Shown here piece by piece: positions 42,789-52,478 of a stretch of DNA of 64,000 nt. Location of the stretch: positions 152,890 through 216,889 of the forward strand of contig JAJECA010000050.1 in the NCBI GenBank assembly GCA_022822265.1. Direction: 5' to 3'. The stretch comes from Acidimicrobiia bacterium. GTDB lineage: Bacteria; Actinomycetota; Acidimicrobiia; Acidimicrobiales; Bin134. The notes under the pieces are model-generated. The model was given only the letters and a program-made list of their open reading frames with translations, made no database searches and had not been told where the DNA came from. Position 1 is the first letter of the stretch; each line of letters begins with the position of its first letter. A program made the position numbers and the translations under genes.

Positions 42789-43430
42789 ATGATCCAAGCA
42801 GTGTTCTGGGATTTCGGCGGGGTGTTCACTGGGTCGCCGTTTCATCTCGACGACTATGCCCGCTCGCTGGGCACAACAAACGAGCGTCTCTTGGAGCATG
42901 TCTTCGGGCGGTATGAGGCAGATGGCGACCATCCCTGGCACCGCCTGGAACGGGGCGAGGGCACTCTGGCCGAGGCACTGGAGGCGGCCGATGAGTCCTG
43001 CCGGGCTGACGGAATCGAGGGGTTCAGCTCCGAGGGGTTCTTCCAGGCCATGTCCGGCACCAACAGCGACGAGCGGCGAGACCTGGCAGTGTCCAAAGTC
43101 AGAGAACTCAACGAGGCGGGCATACGACAGGCCATCATCACCAACAACGCTAAGGAGTTCGGCGACATGTGGCGCCAGCTCATCCCAGTTGACGAACTGT
43201 TCGAGGCAGTGATCGACTCCAGCGCGGTGGGAATGCGCAAACCCGATCCGAGGATCTACCGGCTGGCTCTTGAACAGTTGGAAGTTTCCAGGCCCGAAAC
43301 CAGCGCTTTCTTGGATGACTTCGCACCCAATGTGGCTGCCGCCAGCCAGCTAGGAATGCATGGAATCCTCGTTGAAGACGACATCTCATCCGCCCTCGCC
43401 AATCTTGATCAGCTTCTCGAGACTGGTTAG
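42789..43430 (+). CDS. HAD family phosphatase
   Basis: WDFGGV, ITNN, GMRKPDPRIY, FLDD. Confidence 0.9.
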   Translation: MIQAVFWDFGGVFTGSPFHLDDYARSLGTTNERLLEHVFGRYEADGDHPWHRLERGEGTLAEALEAADESCRADGIEGFSSEGFFQAMSGTNSDERRDLAVSKVRELNEAGIRQAIITNNAKEFGDMWRQLIPVDELFEAVIDSSAVGMRKPDPRIYRLALEQLEVSRPETSAFLDDFAPNVAAASQLGMHGILVEDDISSALANLDQLLETG

Positions 43431-43440
43431 GGGCTGCAGG

Positions 43441-44400
43441 ATGAGTGGTCCCGAGAAGAAAAGTGGCGTCTGGATCGACCGGACTCCTCCGCCCGAGATC
43501 GCGATCCCCTCTGACGTGGAATTGGTTGACAGCCCAGAACACGCCGACGGCGTGGTGGTGGCCGCCGACCAGCCGTGGGATGACGAAGCATGCCGTCGTC
43601 TGCCCAACCTCAAGGTGGTAGTCCGCTCCGGTATCGGCTACGACAACGTGGATGTCGCAGCTTGCGCTGCTCACGGTGTGGCCGTCTGCAACACTCCCGA
43701 TGCCCCCACGGTCTCTACTGCGGAGCACGCACTGGCGCTGATGCTGGCGGTAGCCAAGCGGCTCAAAAACTCTGATGCTCGTATTGTCGCAGGCACCGCT
43801 GGTGGTCCTGGCAGACTTACGCGCCCCGGTGCGCTGGAGTTGGACGGTCGCATCCTTGGGTTGGTGGGTTGTGGACGGATCGGGAGCCGCTTGGGCCGCT
43901 ACGTCGAAGCGTTGGGCATGAAGATCCTGGTCTACGACCCCTATCTCGAAACTGCGCCCGTGGGCGAGCTAGTTGGCCTAGACCAGCTTTGGGCTTCGGC
44001 TGATGTTATCTCCCTGCATGCCCCGGCCACCGCGGAAACCCGTCATATCATCAACACCGACTCACTGACCGCCATGCGTCCCGGTGTGGTGATCATCAAT
44101 TGTGCCCGGGGAGCGTTGGTGGATCAGGAAGCGCTGCTGGCCGCACTCGATTCCGGCCATGTGGGCGGAGCAGGGCTAGACGTCACCGAACCTGAGCCGC
44201 TACCCCCGGACCACCCACTCCTAGGTCGCGACAATGTGGTTGTGACTCCCCACGTGGCCTCAACCACCACAGTGGGCATCGTAAGGCTGATAGGCCAGGC
44301 ATTGGAACAGGCTCTCATCTGGCTTAGAGGCGGAACCCCCGAACACCTACTTGATCCCGCGGCCGCCCATCCCTCGGTAGATCGCCGAGTCAATCCCTAG
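43441..44400 (+). CDS. D-isomer-specific 2-hydroxyacid dehydrogenase
   Basis: GIGYDNVD, TAEHALAL, GCGRIG, INCARG, GAGLDV..PEP, TPHVAS. Confidence 0.92.
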   Translation: MSGPEKKSGVWIDRTPPPEIAIPSDVELVDSPEHADGVVVAADQPWDDEACRRLPNLKVVVRSGIGYDNVDVAACAAHGVAVCNTPDAPTVSTAEHALALMLAVAKRLKNSDARIVAGTAGGPGRLTRPGALELDGRILGLVGCGRIGSRLGRYVEALGMKILVYDPYLETAPVGELVGLDQLWASADVISLHAPATAETRHIINTDSLTAMRPGVVIINCARGALVDQEALLAALDSGHVGGAGLDVTEPEPLPPDHPLLGRDNVVVTPHVASTTTVGIVRLIGQALEQALIWLRGGTPEHLLDPAAAHPSVDRRVNP

Positions 44401-44441
44401 AACTGGCTCGAATCTGACGCCAAAGACGCGAAACACTCCAT

Positions 44442-45470
44442 TCAAGCGGCCACCGCGCCGCCGACTACGAGATCGCCCTGGTAGAAGACCACCGCCTGGC
44501 CGGGGGCTACTCGGCGCTGGGGCTCTTCCCAGTCAACTCTCCCAGTCTGGTTCACCACACCTACCGCAGGGGTGCCGTGAGCGCTCACTTGGATGTCAAC
44601 CGGGCCCTCCACCTCTCCGTCGGCCCACTGGATGTCAATCACATCCTGGGCCGGCGTGTACAGATCGTCCCGCCGACCCACCGTCACCCGGCCGGCAGCA
44701 ATGTCCACGTCGGTCACGTAGCGGGGCTCGTCGGCGCCGCCGAGGTTGAGGCCCCGGCGCTGGCCGATGGTCACCGCCTGCACCGCCTCGACTGTGCCCA
44801 ACTCCGTGCCGTCGGCGTCCACCACAGTGGCGGACGACTCCCCCAAGCGGCGGGACAGAAAGCCCTGCCGCCCCCCGGCTCGATTGGCGATGAAACACAC
44901 GTCCTGGCTGTCGGGCTTGGCTGAATTCCGCAGGCCCAGCTCAGCGGCGCGCACGCGAACCTCGGCCTTGGTCAGGTGGCCGATGGGCAGCAGCAGACGG
45001 GCCATCTGCTCCTGTCCCAGCATGTACAGCACGTACGACTGGTCTTTGGCGTCGTCCACCCCTCGGCGCACCCGGTACCCATCTCCTGCCGTCTCGAGCC
45101 GGGCATGATGGCCAGTGGCCACCGCGTCGAAGCCCAGTGCCTCAGCCCGCACCATCAGCTTGTCGAACTTGATGTGGCGGTTGCACTCAATACACGGGTT
45201 GGGGGTCAGCCCGACAGCATGGTCGCTCACATAGGGGGCTACCACCCGACTGTCGAAGGCGTCGCCGAAGTTGAACACGTGGTGCTGCAACCCCAGAAGG
45301 TCGGCCACCCGGCGGGCGTCCTCCACATCCGACACCGAGCAGCAGCCGGTGTCGGACTCGCCGCCCCACAGCTTGAGGGTCACCCCCACCACCTCGTGGC
45401 CCTGCTCGGCCAGCATGGCCGCCGCTACCGAGGAGTCCACGCCTCCCGACATGGCCGCCAACACCCGCAT
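44442..45470 (-). CDS. mnmA: tRNA 2-thiouridine(34) synthase
   Basis: AMSGGVDSSV, GCCS, TPNPCIECN, ATGHHA, KDQSYVL, DSQDVCF, APGQAVVFY. Confidence 0.96.
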   Translation of the reverse strand: MRVLAAMSGGVDSSVAAAMLAEQGHEVVGVTLKLWGGESDTGCCSVSDVEDARRVADLLGLQHHVFNFGDAFDSRVVAPYVSDHAVGLTPNPCIECNRHIKFDKLMVRAEALGFDAVATGHHARLETAGDGYRVRRGVDDAKDQSYVLYMLGQEQMARLLLPIGHLTKAEVRVRAAELGLRNSAKPDSQDVCFIANRAGGRQGFLSRRLGESSATVVDADGTELGTVEAVQAVTIGQRRGLNLGGADEPRYVTDVDIAAGRVTVGRRDDLYTPAQDVIDIQWADGEVEGPVDIQVSAHGTPAVGVVNQTGRVDWEEPQRRVAPGQAVVFYQGDLVVGGAVAA

Positions 45471-45487
45471 CTCTCAGCCCGTCCCCC

Positions 45488-46630
45488 TCAGCCCTTGCCA
45501 TAGGCCCGGAGCCGGGCCACCGCATCGGGAATCACGGCCAACGCCTGATCGATATCGACATCCGCGGTCTCATAGCCCAGCGAGAGCCGCAGCGATCCAC
45601 CGGCCAGCATCCGGTCGTAGCCCATAGCCGCCAGCACATGGGACGGATCCTGCGCCCCGCTTGAGCACGATGATGCCGCAGACGCGTAAATCCCGGCGTC
45701 TTCCAGCAGGAACAACAGCGCCTCCGACTCGATGCCCTCAAAGCAGAGATGGGCCGACCCGGCCACCTTGCCCGACCGCTCTCCGGTCTCCACCGTGTTG
45801 GGCACCGCAGCCAGAATCCCGTCCACCAGCCGGTCCCGCAACCCGGCCAGGCGCTCCACCTGCTCGGCGCGGCCCTTCAGCACCACTTCAGCAGCCGCGG
45901 CCATGCCCGCGATGCCCGCCGCATTGTGGGTGCCCGAGCGCAGTCCCCGTTCCTGGCCACCCCCCAACATCAGCGGCGACAGCTCCACCCCGTCGCGCAC
46001 CACCAGCGCGCCCACCCCCTTGGGACCGCCGAACTTGTGGGCACTGACGGAGATCAGATCGGCATCAGCGGCCAGTGAAGCCACGTCCAACCACGGAAAG
46101 GCCTGCACCGCGTCGGTATGGAGCACGGCATTGGGGGCCGATGACCGGACTGCTTCGGCCACCTGGCCCAAGGGCTGGACCATGCCGGTCTCATTGTTGG
46201 CCAGCATGACCGATACCACGGTCACGCTGTCGTCGAGGGCCGCGGCCAGCGCGTCCAGGTCAATGACCCCGGCGGCGCCTACTGCCACCACTCGGCCGCC
46301 CAGATGCTCTACCGGCTCAAGCACGGCATGGTGCTCGATGGCAGAGCACACCGTCACCCCGCCCACCTGCATACGCCGTCCGACCACTGCCATGTTGTCG
46401 CCCTCGGTGCCCCCGCCGGTGAACACGATCTCCCCCGGCTCTGAGCCCAGAGCCTCGGCCATCACATCGCGGGCATCGTCGATACAGCGGCGGGTGTCCC
46501 GGGCCATTCGGTGCGCACCGGTCGGGTTGGCATACAACTCCCGGTGCAATGGCGCCATTGCTTGCACTGCCTCGGGGCACAGCGGGGTTGAAGCTGCGTT
46601 GTCAAGGTAGGCAATCCTCTCGGGGGCCAT
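45488..46630 (-). CDS. Cysteine desulfurase (IscS/NifS family)
   Basis: YLDNAAST, IEHHAV, NNETG, HTDAVQA, SAHKFGGPKG, SSCSSG. Confidence 0.95.
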   Translation of the reverse strand: MAPERIAYLDNAASTPLCPEAVQAMAPLHRELYANPTGAHRMARDTRRCIDDARDVMAEALGSEPGEIVFTGGGTEGDNMAVVGRRMQVGGVTVCSAIEHHAVLEPVEHLGGRVVAVGAAGVIDLDALAAALDDSVTVVSVMLANNETGMVQPLGQVAEAVRSSAPNAVLHTDAVQAFPWLDVASLAADADLISVSAHKFGGPKGVGALVVRDGVELSPLMLGGGQERGLRSGTHNAAGIAGMAAAAEVVLKGRAEQVERLAGLRDRLVDGILAAVPNTVETGERSGKVAGSAHLCFEGIESEALLFLLEDAGIYASAASSCSSGAQDPSHVLAAMGYDRMLAGGSLRLSLGYETADVDIDQALAVIPDAVARLRAYGKG

Positions 46631-46651
46631 TGCCGATCCTCCCGCTTCCCT

Positions 46652-47308
46652 CTATACCTTGGGGAACACCAGGTCGTCGCGCTTGGAGCGCTTGAGTTCG
46701 GCGAACGACGGCCACTCGGCCAGGGTCACCACCGCATCCCATAGACGAACGGCCTCCTCTGGGGGCGGAACCTGGCTAACCACCGGTCCGAAGAACGACG
46801 TGGTGCCCCCATTGTGGTGGAAGGAGATGATCGGGGTGCCCACGTCCCGGCCGGTGCGGCTCAGCGCCTCCATGGTGGACTCCCGCAGGGCTTCGTCCAG
46901 CGACTCGTCCTCAGCCCGGTCGGCAAGCTCACCAGGCAATCCAGCGCGCCCAAGGGCGGCCTTCAAATGCTCATCGGAGGCCACCTCGCCCATCGTCGAG
47001 CGGATTTCCGCATCGGGATTCCAGATGGTGGCTCCGTAGGCGGAGTACAGCTCGCCGGCCGCGGTGGCGCCGTGCTCGTCGCGAACCGCCTGGGCCACCC
47101 GCAGCATACGGCGGCCCTTGTGGTGAAGTTCCTGATAGCCCTCGGGGAAGTCTTCGTAGTCGCTGTCCTCGTTGAGGATCGACAGGCAGATCAGCCGCCA
47201 GTCCACCTCGTAGTCGCGCTGGCGGGCGACGTCGGTCACCCACCGAGATGTGAGCCACGCGAACGGGCAGATCGGATCCCAGAAGAACTCGATGTCGGCA
47301 TCGGGCAT
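46652..47308 (-). CDS. DsbA-like thioredoxin-fold protein (Rv2466c-like)
   Basis: FWDPICPFAWLTSRW, DVGTP, FFGPVVS, FAELKR; TAGGAT-N6-ATG start. Confidence 0.85.
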   Translation of the reverse strand: MPDADIEFFWDPICPFAWLTSRWVTDVARQRDYEVDWRLICLSILNEDSDYEDFPEGYQELHHKGRRMLRVAQAVRDEHGATAAGELYSAYGATIWNPDAEIRSTMGEVASDEHLKAALGRAGLPGELADRAEDESLDEALRESTMEALSRTGRDVGTPIISFHHNGGTTSFFGPVVSQVPPPEEAVRLWDAVVTLAEWPSFAELKRSKRDDLVFPKV

Positions 47309-47362
47309 CCACCAATCCTACGGCCCTCCGGCAAGACCCACGAGTCGCTTTAGACTCAGGTT

Positions 47363-47797
47363 GTGGCCAGGATCAGGGTCTCTACCACCATCGAAGCCCC
47401 TTTGGACGCGGTGTGGGAGTACGTGCGCCGAATCGACTCCCATACCGAGTGGATGGCCGACGCCGAGTCGATCTCCTTTCAGGGTTCCCAGACCGAGGGG
47501 GTGGGCACCGCCTTCGATTGCCTCACCAAGCTGGGTCCGCTCCGCCTCAACGACGCCATGGTGGTTACCGAATGGGCCGATAGGGAGGCCATCGGCGTGC
47601 GCCACACCGGATTGGTCACCGGCGAGGGGCGCTTCACCCTCTCCCCCGCAGGCACCGACCGCACCGAGTTCTGCTGGACCGAGGAGCTCCGGTTCCCCTG
47701 GTGGATGGGGGGCCTGCTGGGCGACATCATCGGGTCCCGCGTCCTCGAATGGGTGTGGCGGCGCAACCTGCGCACGCTGCGCAGCAAGTTCGACTAG
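47363..47797 (+). CDS. SRPBCC family protein
   Basis: TTIEAPLDAVW, GVGTAF, VVTEW, GEGRFTL; TAGACT-N6-GTG start. Confidence 0.85.
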   Translation: MARIRVSTTIEAPLDAVWEYVRRIDSHTEWMADAESISFQGSQTEGVGTAFDCLTKLGPLRLNDAMVVTEWADREAIGVRHTGLVTGEGRFTLSPAGTDRTEFCWTEELRFPWWMGGLLGDIIGSRVLEWVWRRNLRTLRSKFD

Positions 47798-48501
47798 CTG
47801 ACTATCAGGACCACGGTAGAGCGACTGGCCGCCCATTGGGCACCGACAAAGGAGACCGCGGCCACTGCTGTCGCGACCATCACCGGAATCATGGTGGTGT
47901 ACTGCTGTCGGCGAATGGACTGAGCCGCAGCTGCCCCCACGATCAACCCGGCGACAAGGCCGCCAAGATGGCCGCCCAGGGAAACCGATGGGACCGTGAA
48001 GCTGATGACCAAGTTGACGGCCAGGATTGGGCCGATCGGCGTCTGGAACAGGCCCACTCCTTGGACCAAGTACAAGGCGGCAAGGGCGCCCATCAATCCG
48101 AAAATGGCCCCTGAAGCCCCCGCGATCAACGAGTTCGGCGACTCCAGCAATGCCCCGAATGACCCGCACACCAGAGAAGCGAAGTACACCGCGGCAAACG
48201 GAACCCGGCCTACTGACCGCTCCAAGGCCAGACCCAGGATGTAGAGCGAGAACATGTTCACAGCCAGATGGAATACGCCGTGGTGCAAGAATCCGCCCGT
48301 GACTATCCGCCACCACTCGTTCAAGAACTCGATATTTCCCCCCAGGGTGGCAGCCCTTGCGATCAGCCCGTCATCGGCACCCTGGCCATCGAGGCTGTCG
48401 CCCAACGCCATTCCCACTATGAACACCGCCACATTGGCCGCAATCAGGACATAGCTGACATACCAGGCGTCGGTTCGCCGCGGGACCATGCTGGAGCGCA
48501 C
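47794..48501 (-). CDS. Rhomboid family intramembrane serine protease
   Basis: WWRIVTGGFLH, HLAVNM, GASGAIFGL, GHLGG. Confidence 0.92.
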   Translation of the reverse strand: MRSSMVPRRTDAWYVSYVLIAANVAVFIVGMALGDSLDGQGADDGLIARAATLGGNIEFLNEWWRIVTGGFLHHGVFHLAVNMFSLYILGLALERSVGRVPFAAVYFASLVCGSFGALLESPNSLIAGASGAIFGLMGALAALYLVQGVGLFQTPIGPILAVNLVISFTVPSVSLGGHLGGLVAGLIVGAAAAQSIRRQQYTTMIPVMVATAVAAVSFVGAQWAASRSTVVLIVS

Positions 48502-48519
48502 GAGCTTAAGGGATTGTGT

Positions 48520-48783
48520 CTACAGGCCCACCGGTGAGCCGTCGCTCAACAGGTTCTGACCTATGTTCACCACCTCGGTGACTCCTTCAACCCGGTCCTT
48601 GAGAATCCGCTCAACCCCGGCCTTCAGCGTGACCGTCGAGGCCGGACAGCTCACGCAGGCGCCGACCAGCTCCACGCTGACCACGCCAGTTTCCTCATCC
48701 ACACCCCGCAAGAAGATGTCCCCGTCGTCGGCCTGCACCGCAGGGCGGATGGCCTCGATCACCTGGGCGACGGCTTCCTGCAC
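48520..48783 (-). CDS. NifU/NfuA family Fe-S carrier
   Basis: IRPAVQADDGDI, GACVSCPAS..TLKAGVE. Confidence 0.92.
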   Translation of the reverse strand: MQEAVAQVIEAIRPAVQADDGDIFLRGVDEETGVVSVELVGACVSCPASTVTLKAGVERILKDRVEGVTEVVNIGQNLLSDGSPVGL

Positions 48784-48872
48784 GCTCTCATTGTCTCAGC
48801 CTGAACCCGATTCGCCAACCTTCCCACCGATCCATTCAAGAATTCAGGGCGCGGTCTGGCAGACTCCCATTG

Positions 48873-49007
48873 ATGGAACTGCTGGCCCACCAGGGAGGTT
48901 GGGACGAGATCCTCTTGGTGGCCGCCCCCTTGGCCCTGCTGGCCGGCTTGTTGTTTTTGGCTAACCGCCGGGCCTCTCGCGGCGGACGTCGCCCCCAAGA
49001 GCGCTGA
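48873..49007 (+). CDS. Small single-TM protein (44 aa)
   Basis: MELLAHQGGWDEILLVAAPLALLAGLLFLANRRASRGGRRPQER*; hydrophobic helix followed by a basic tail; CAGACT-N7-ATG. Confidence 0.6.
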   Translation: MELLAHQGGWDEILLVAAPLALLAGLLFLANRRASRGGRRPQER

Positions 49008-50253
49008 GCTTGCCGGCGAAATCCTCGTATCCCCGGTCGATGTGGTGGGGATCGGACACCACCGTGACCCCGTCGGCCGCCAGCCCGGCAACCACGAGGG
49101 CCGCTCCCGCCCGAATGTCGGATGCGCGCACAGGCGCACCGCTGAGCCGATCCACCCCTCGAATCACCGCGTGGTGGCCCTCGGTGCGGATATCAGCGCC
49201 CATGCGCACCAGCTCGTCCACATATCGGAACCGGCCCGAGAACAGGTTCTCGGTAACAATCCCCACTCCCTCGGCCACCGACAGCATGGCCACCAGCAGC
49301 GGCTTGCAGTCGGTGGGCAAGCCGGGATACGGCAGTGTGGAGACGTCGGCTGATCGTAGGCGCCCACTGCACATGGCCCAGATCCCATCGGGATCGGCCG
49401 ATGTCCGCACCCCCATGTCACCGAGTTTGCGGCACAGCATCGCCATATGGTCGGGCCGGGCGCCCACCAGAGTGATCTCCCCGCCGGCCATGCCCAATGC
49501 CGCTAAGAACGTTGCCGCCTCGATCCGATCGCTAACCGCAGTGTGCTCCACCGGATGCAACTCCTCGACCCCCTCCACCACGATGGTGGATGTTCCGGCC
49601 CCAGCCACTTGACCGCCCATATGGTTCAAGAACCCGGCCAAGTCAGCGATTTCCGGCTCCCGGGCGGCGTTGTCGATCACGGTGGTGCCCTTGGCCCGAA
49701 CGGCCGCCATCATGACATTCTCAGTGGCTCCCACACTGGGATACTCCAGTAGCACCGGGTTGCCCACCAGGTTGTCGGCGGTGGCGATGACGTCGCCGCC
49801 GGAGACTTCGAACTGGCAGCCGATGGCCTCCAGCCCGGCGACATGCATGTCAATGGGGCGAGGTCCGAAATCATCACCTCCGGGCAGCGCTACTCGGGCA
49901 TGGCCGATTCCGGCAAGCAGCGGTCCGAGCACCGCAGTGGATGCCCGCAGCTGCTCGGTCAGCGCATAGGGAGCCTCGGGGGTTACGGACTCGGGGCGAT
50001 TGATGGTGAGAACGTGGTCTGACCGGCTCACCGATACCCCCATGGACCGCAACACCTCGCCCATCACCGCCACATCCTCTATGTCGGGCACGTTGCGGAT
50101 CACGAAGGTGCCCTCGGTGAGCAGGCAGGCGGCCATGAGCTTCAGCACGGAGTTCTTGGCCCCGCCGATAGCCACCGTGCCCTCCAGGGGCCCGTTGGCG
50201 CGCACTTCGATTCGGTCTTGCGTATCGATGTCGTCTCGGCGACTGCGCTCCAC
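48961..50253 (-). CDS. murA: UDP-N-acetylglucosamine 1-carboxyvinyltransferase
   Basis: GAKNS, LRAS, LPGGDDFGPRPIDMH, SVGATEN, NAAREPEI, DRIEA, DIRAG, IDRGY. Confidence 0.97.
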   Translation of the reverse strand: MERSRRDDIDTQDRIEVRANGPLEGTVAIGGAKNSVLKLMAACLLTEGTFVIRNVPDIEDVAVMGEVLRSMGVSVSRSDHVLTINRPESVTPEAPYALTEQLRASTAVLGPLLAGIGHARVALPGGDDFGPRPIDMHVAGLEAIGCQFEVSGGDVIATADNLVGNPVLLEYPSVGATENVMMAAVRAKGTTVIDNAAREPEIADLAGFLNHMGGQVAGAGTSTIVVEGVEELHPVEHTAVSDRIEAATFLAALGMAGGEITLVGARPDHMAMLCRKLGDMGVRTSADPDGIWAMCSGRLRSADVSTLPYPGLPTDCKPLLVAMLSVAEGVGIVTENLFSGRFRYVDELVRMGADIRTEGHHAVIRGVDRLSGAPVRASDIRAGAALVVAGLAADGVTVVSDPHHIDRGYEDFAGKLSALGGDVRRERPGG

Positions 50254-50343
50254 GGGACAAGTATGGTGCCCTGCCGGGCGCAGTCATAGTCATTGTGAGG
50301 TCGCGGGCCGCAGGGGGCACAAAAGTAGACTGCCCACCAGTCC

Positions 50344-51855
50344 ATGCCCCAAGTGATCTCCCGTCGCGTCCTGAGCGCCGACGCCGCTGACGGCGTTCTG
50401 AACGGCCCCGACGGCCTTCTGTCCCCCCGTACCGACATTGTTTTGGAGCGCGCCGAAGGCGGAGCCGTCTTCACCGCGATTGAGGGACCGGTCGAGCACT
50501 ATCGGCGCACGGTCACCGCTGAGCCGCTCGACGGCGATCAGGTGGAGATAACCGAGAAGTTCGATTATCGACTGGCCATTCCGGTGTGGTGGGTGCTGTT
50601 CACCATCCCCTACGGACGGGCTCTGCGCCGAGGGCGCGATTGGCCTTGGTGGCATCCCCCCGATCGGTTCACTGCCCGACAGGCCCGGGTGGTAGGCCTT
50701 CTGGCCACATTGGCCGTGGTCGCCGGGTTCCTGGGCACGCTGCTGGGGCAGACGATCACGTTCGCGGCCGACGAGTTCGAGGTGGGCGAGTCGGCCCAGG
50801 GACTCGCCCTTTCGCTGGTCCGCCTCAGCATTCTGATCACGCTGGCGGTTGCCGCCCTCGGAGACCGCAAGGGGCGTCGGCGCACGCTTCTCTACGCCGC
50901 GGCCGGTTCGATCTTGGCGGCGGCCGCCACCTCTCTGGTCCCCAATCTGGCCACTTTGGCCACTGTCCAAGCTGTGTCGCGCGGCCTGTCCCACGCGCTG
51001 GCCCTATTGATCTTCGTGTTCGCCCTCGAGGAGGTTCCGGCCGGCTCTAGGGCTTTTGTGGCTTCCATGCTTGCGCTGGCTGCCGGCCTGGGCTCAGGCC
51101 TGGCGGTGGGGTCGGTGCCCTTTGCCGACCTCAGCGCGTCGGGATGGCGCTTCTCCTTTGTGGCCGCGCTGGCCGGACTGCCCTTGCTGGCTTTCGTGGC
51201 CCGACGGCTTCCCGAATCCCAGCGCTTCGAAACGGCCCGGCGACAGCCGCGAACCCGCCGGCCGAATCAGTACCGGTTCCGCCTGACCTTATTGGCGGTT
51301 ACCTCCTTCGCTGTTCTGGTCTTCTCTTCCCCGGCGTCTCAATTGCAAAACGAGTTCCTCAACGAGCAGCGAGACTTCAGCGCCACAAAGATCGCGGTGT
51401 TCACCCTGCTCACGACTTGGACAGCAGGCCCTGGCATGCTCATTGCCGGAAAATTGGCCGATCTGCGGGGTCGGCGGGTGATCGCATCAGTGGGCGTGAG
51501 CGGCGGGGCCCTGTTCATCTTGTGGCACTTCACCCAGGCCGGCTGGCCGATGTGGGTCTTGATCGCGGTGGGCGCGCTCTTGACTTCCTCAACCGTGCCG
51601 TCGCTGGGGGTCTACCGAGCCGAGATGTTCGGCACCATGCGCCGGGCGGAGTCCAATGGCCTGCTCGGTGTGGCCGGGGTATCGGGAAGCATGGTCGGCT
51701 TGGCAGCCGGGGGCTACATGATCGAAACCTGGGGCTACGGCACCGCGTTCTCAGTCCTAATAGCCGGCCCAATCCTCGTCGCCATCCTCGTGCTCCTGTA
51801 CTACCCCGAAACCACCAGACGGTCCCTGGAGGAGCTCAATCCAGAGGACCAGTAG
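50344..51855 (+). CDS. MFS transporter with extra N-terminal soluble domain
   Basis: LGDRKGRR and LADLRGRR MFS motif A copies, EEVPAGSR, LPESQRF, YPET; about 110-aa N-terminal extension. Confidence 0.88.
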   Translation: MPQVISRRVLSADAADGVLNGPDGLLSPRTDIVLERAEGGAVFTAIEGPVEHYRRTVTAEPLDGDQVEITEKFDYRLAIPVWWVLFTIPYGRALRRGRDWPWWHPPDRFTARQARVVGLLATLAVVAGFLGTLLGQTITFAADEFEVGESAQGLALSLVRLSILITLAVAALGDRKGRRRTLLYAAAGSILAAAATSLVPNLATLATVQAVSRGLSHALALLIFVFALEEVPAGSRAFVASMLALAAGLGSGLAVGSVPFADLSASGWRFSFVAALAGLPLLAFVARRLPESQRFETARRQPRTRRPNQYRFRLTLLAVTSFAVLVFSSPASQLQNEFLNEQRDFSATKIAVFTLLTTWTAGPGMLIAGKLADLRGRRVIASVGVSGGALFILWHFTQAGWPMWVLIAVGALLTSSTVPSLGVYRAEMFGTMRRAESNGLLGVAGVSGSMVGLAAGGYMIETWGYGTAFSVLIAGPILVAILVLLYYPETTRRSLEELNPEDQ

Positions 51856-51908
51856 GGCGGTGGGTGGCGCCGTAGGCGACAGGACCCGCCGCCCGGTGGG
51901 AGCAATCG

Positions 51909-52478
51909 CTACAGCGTCTCCAACCAGCTAGCCACAACAGCAACAATCTCAGCATCGGCCTTCTTCGGATCGTGGCCCTCGCCTTCGAGCCACACGGTGG
52001 TGACCGGGCCTTTGATGGCCGGCAGATGGGCGTCGAACTCCTCGGGAGTGCCGAAAGGGTCGCGGTCGCCGGAGATGAACAGGCACGGCACGTCGACCGC
52101 GCCGAAATGCTGGGTCCGCAGGTTCTCGGGCTTTTTCGGGGGATGCAGCGGATAGCTCAACAGCACCAACCCCGCGGCCGGCATTCCATCGGCCACCGCC
52201 ATAGAGCACATCCTCCCGCCCATCGACCGGCCGCCCAGCACCAGGCGCCCAGATTCGGTACCCAAACGAGTGGCGATGGCCGGAATCTCCTCGTCGAGGA
52301 AGGCCAGCAGCTTGGGGGCCCGGTCGGGGGGACGGCGCCCCTGATTCCGGTAGGGGAAATTGATGCGCTCCACCGGAAGCGGGTCCAGGCTGTCGGCTAT
52401 GGCCACCAATGTGTGCTGGTCGCGATCACCGCCCGCGCCGTGGGTCAGCACCAAGCCGTCCACCGCCGATCGAGCCAT
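51909..52478 (-). CDS. Alpha/beta hydrolase (dienelactone hydrolase/KANSL3-like)
   Basis: THGAG, GGRSMGGR, LSYPLHPP, GDRDPFG, GHD. Confidence 0.9.
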   Translation of the reverse strand: MARSAVDGLVLTHGAGGDRDQHTLVAIADSLDPLPVERINFPYRNQGRRPPDRAPKLLAFLDEEIPAIATRLGTESGRLVLGGRSMGGRMCSMAVADGMPAAGLVLLSYPLHPPKKPENLRTQHFGAVDVPCLFISGDRDPFGTPEEFDAHLPAIKGPVTTVWLEGEGHDPKKADAEIVAVVASWLETL

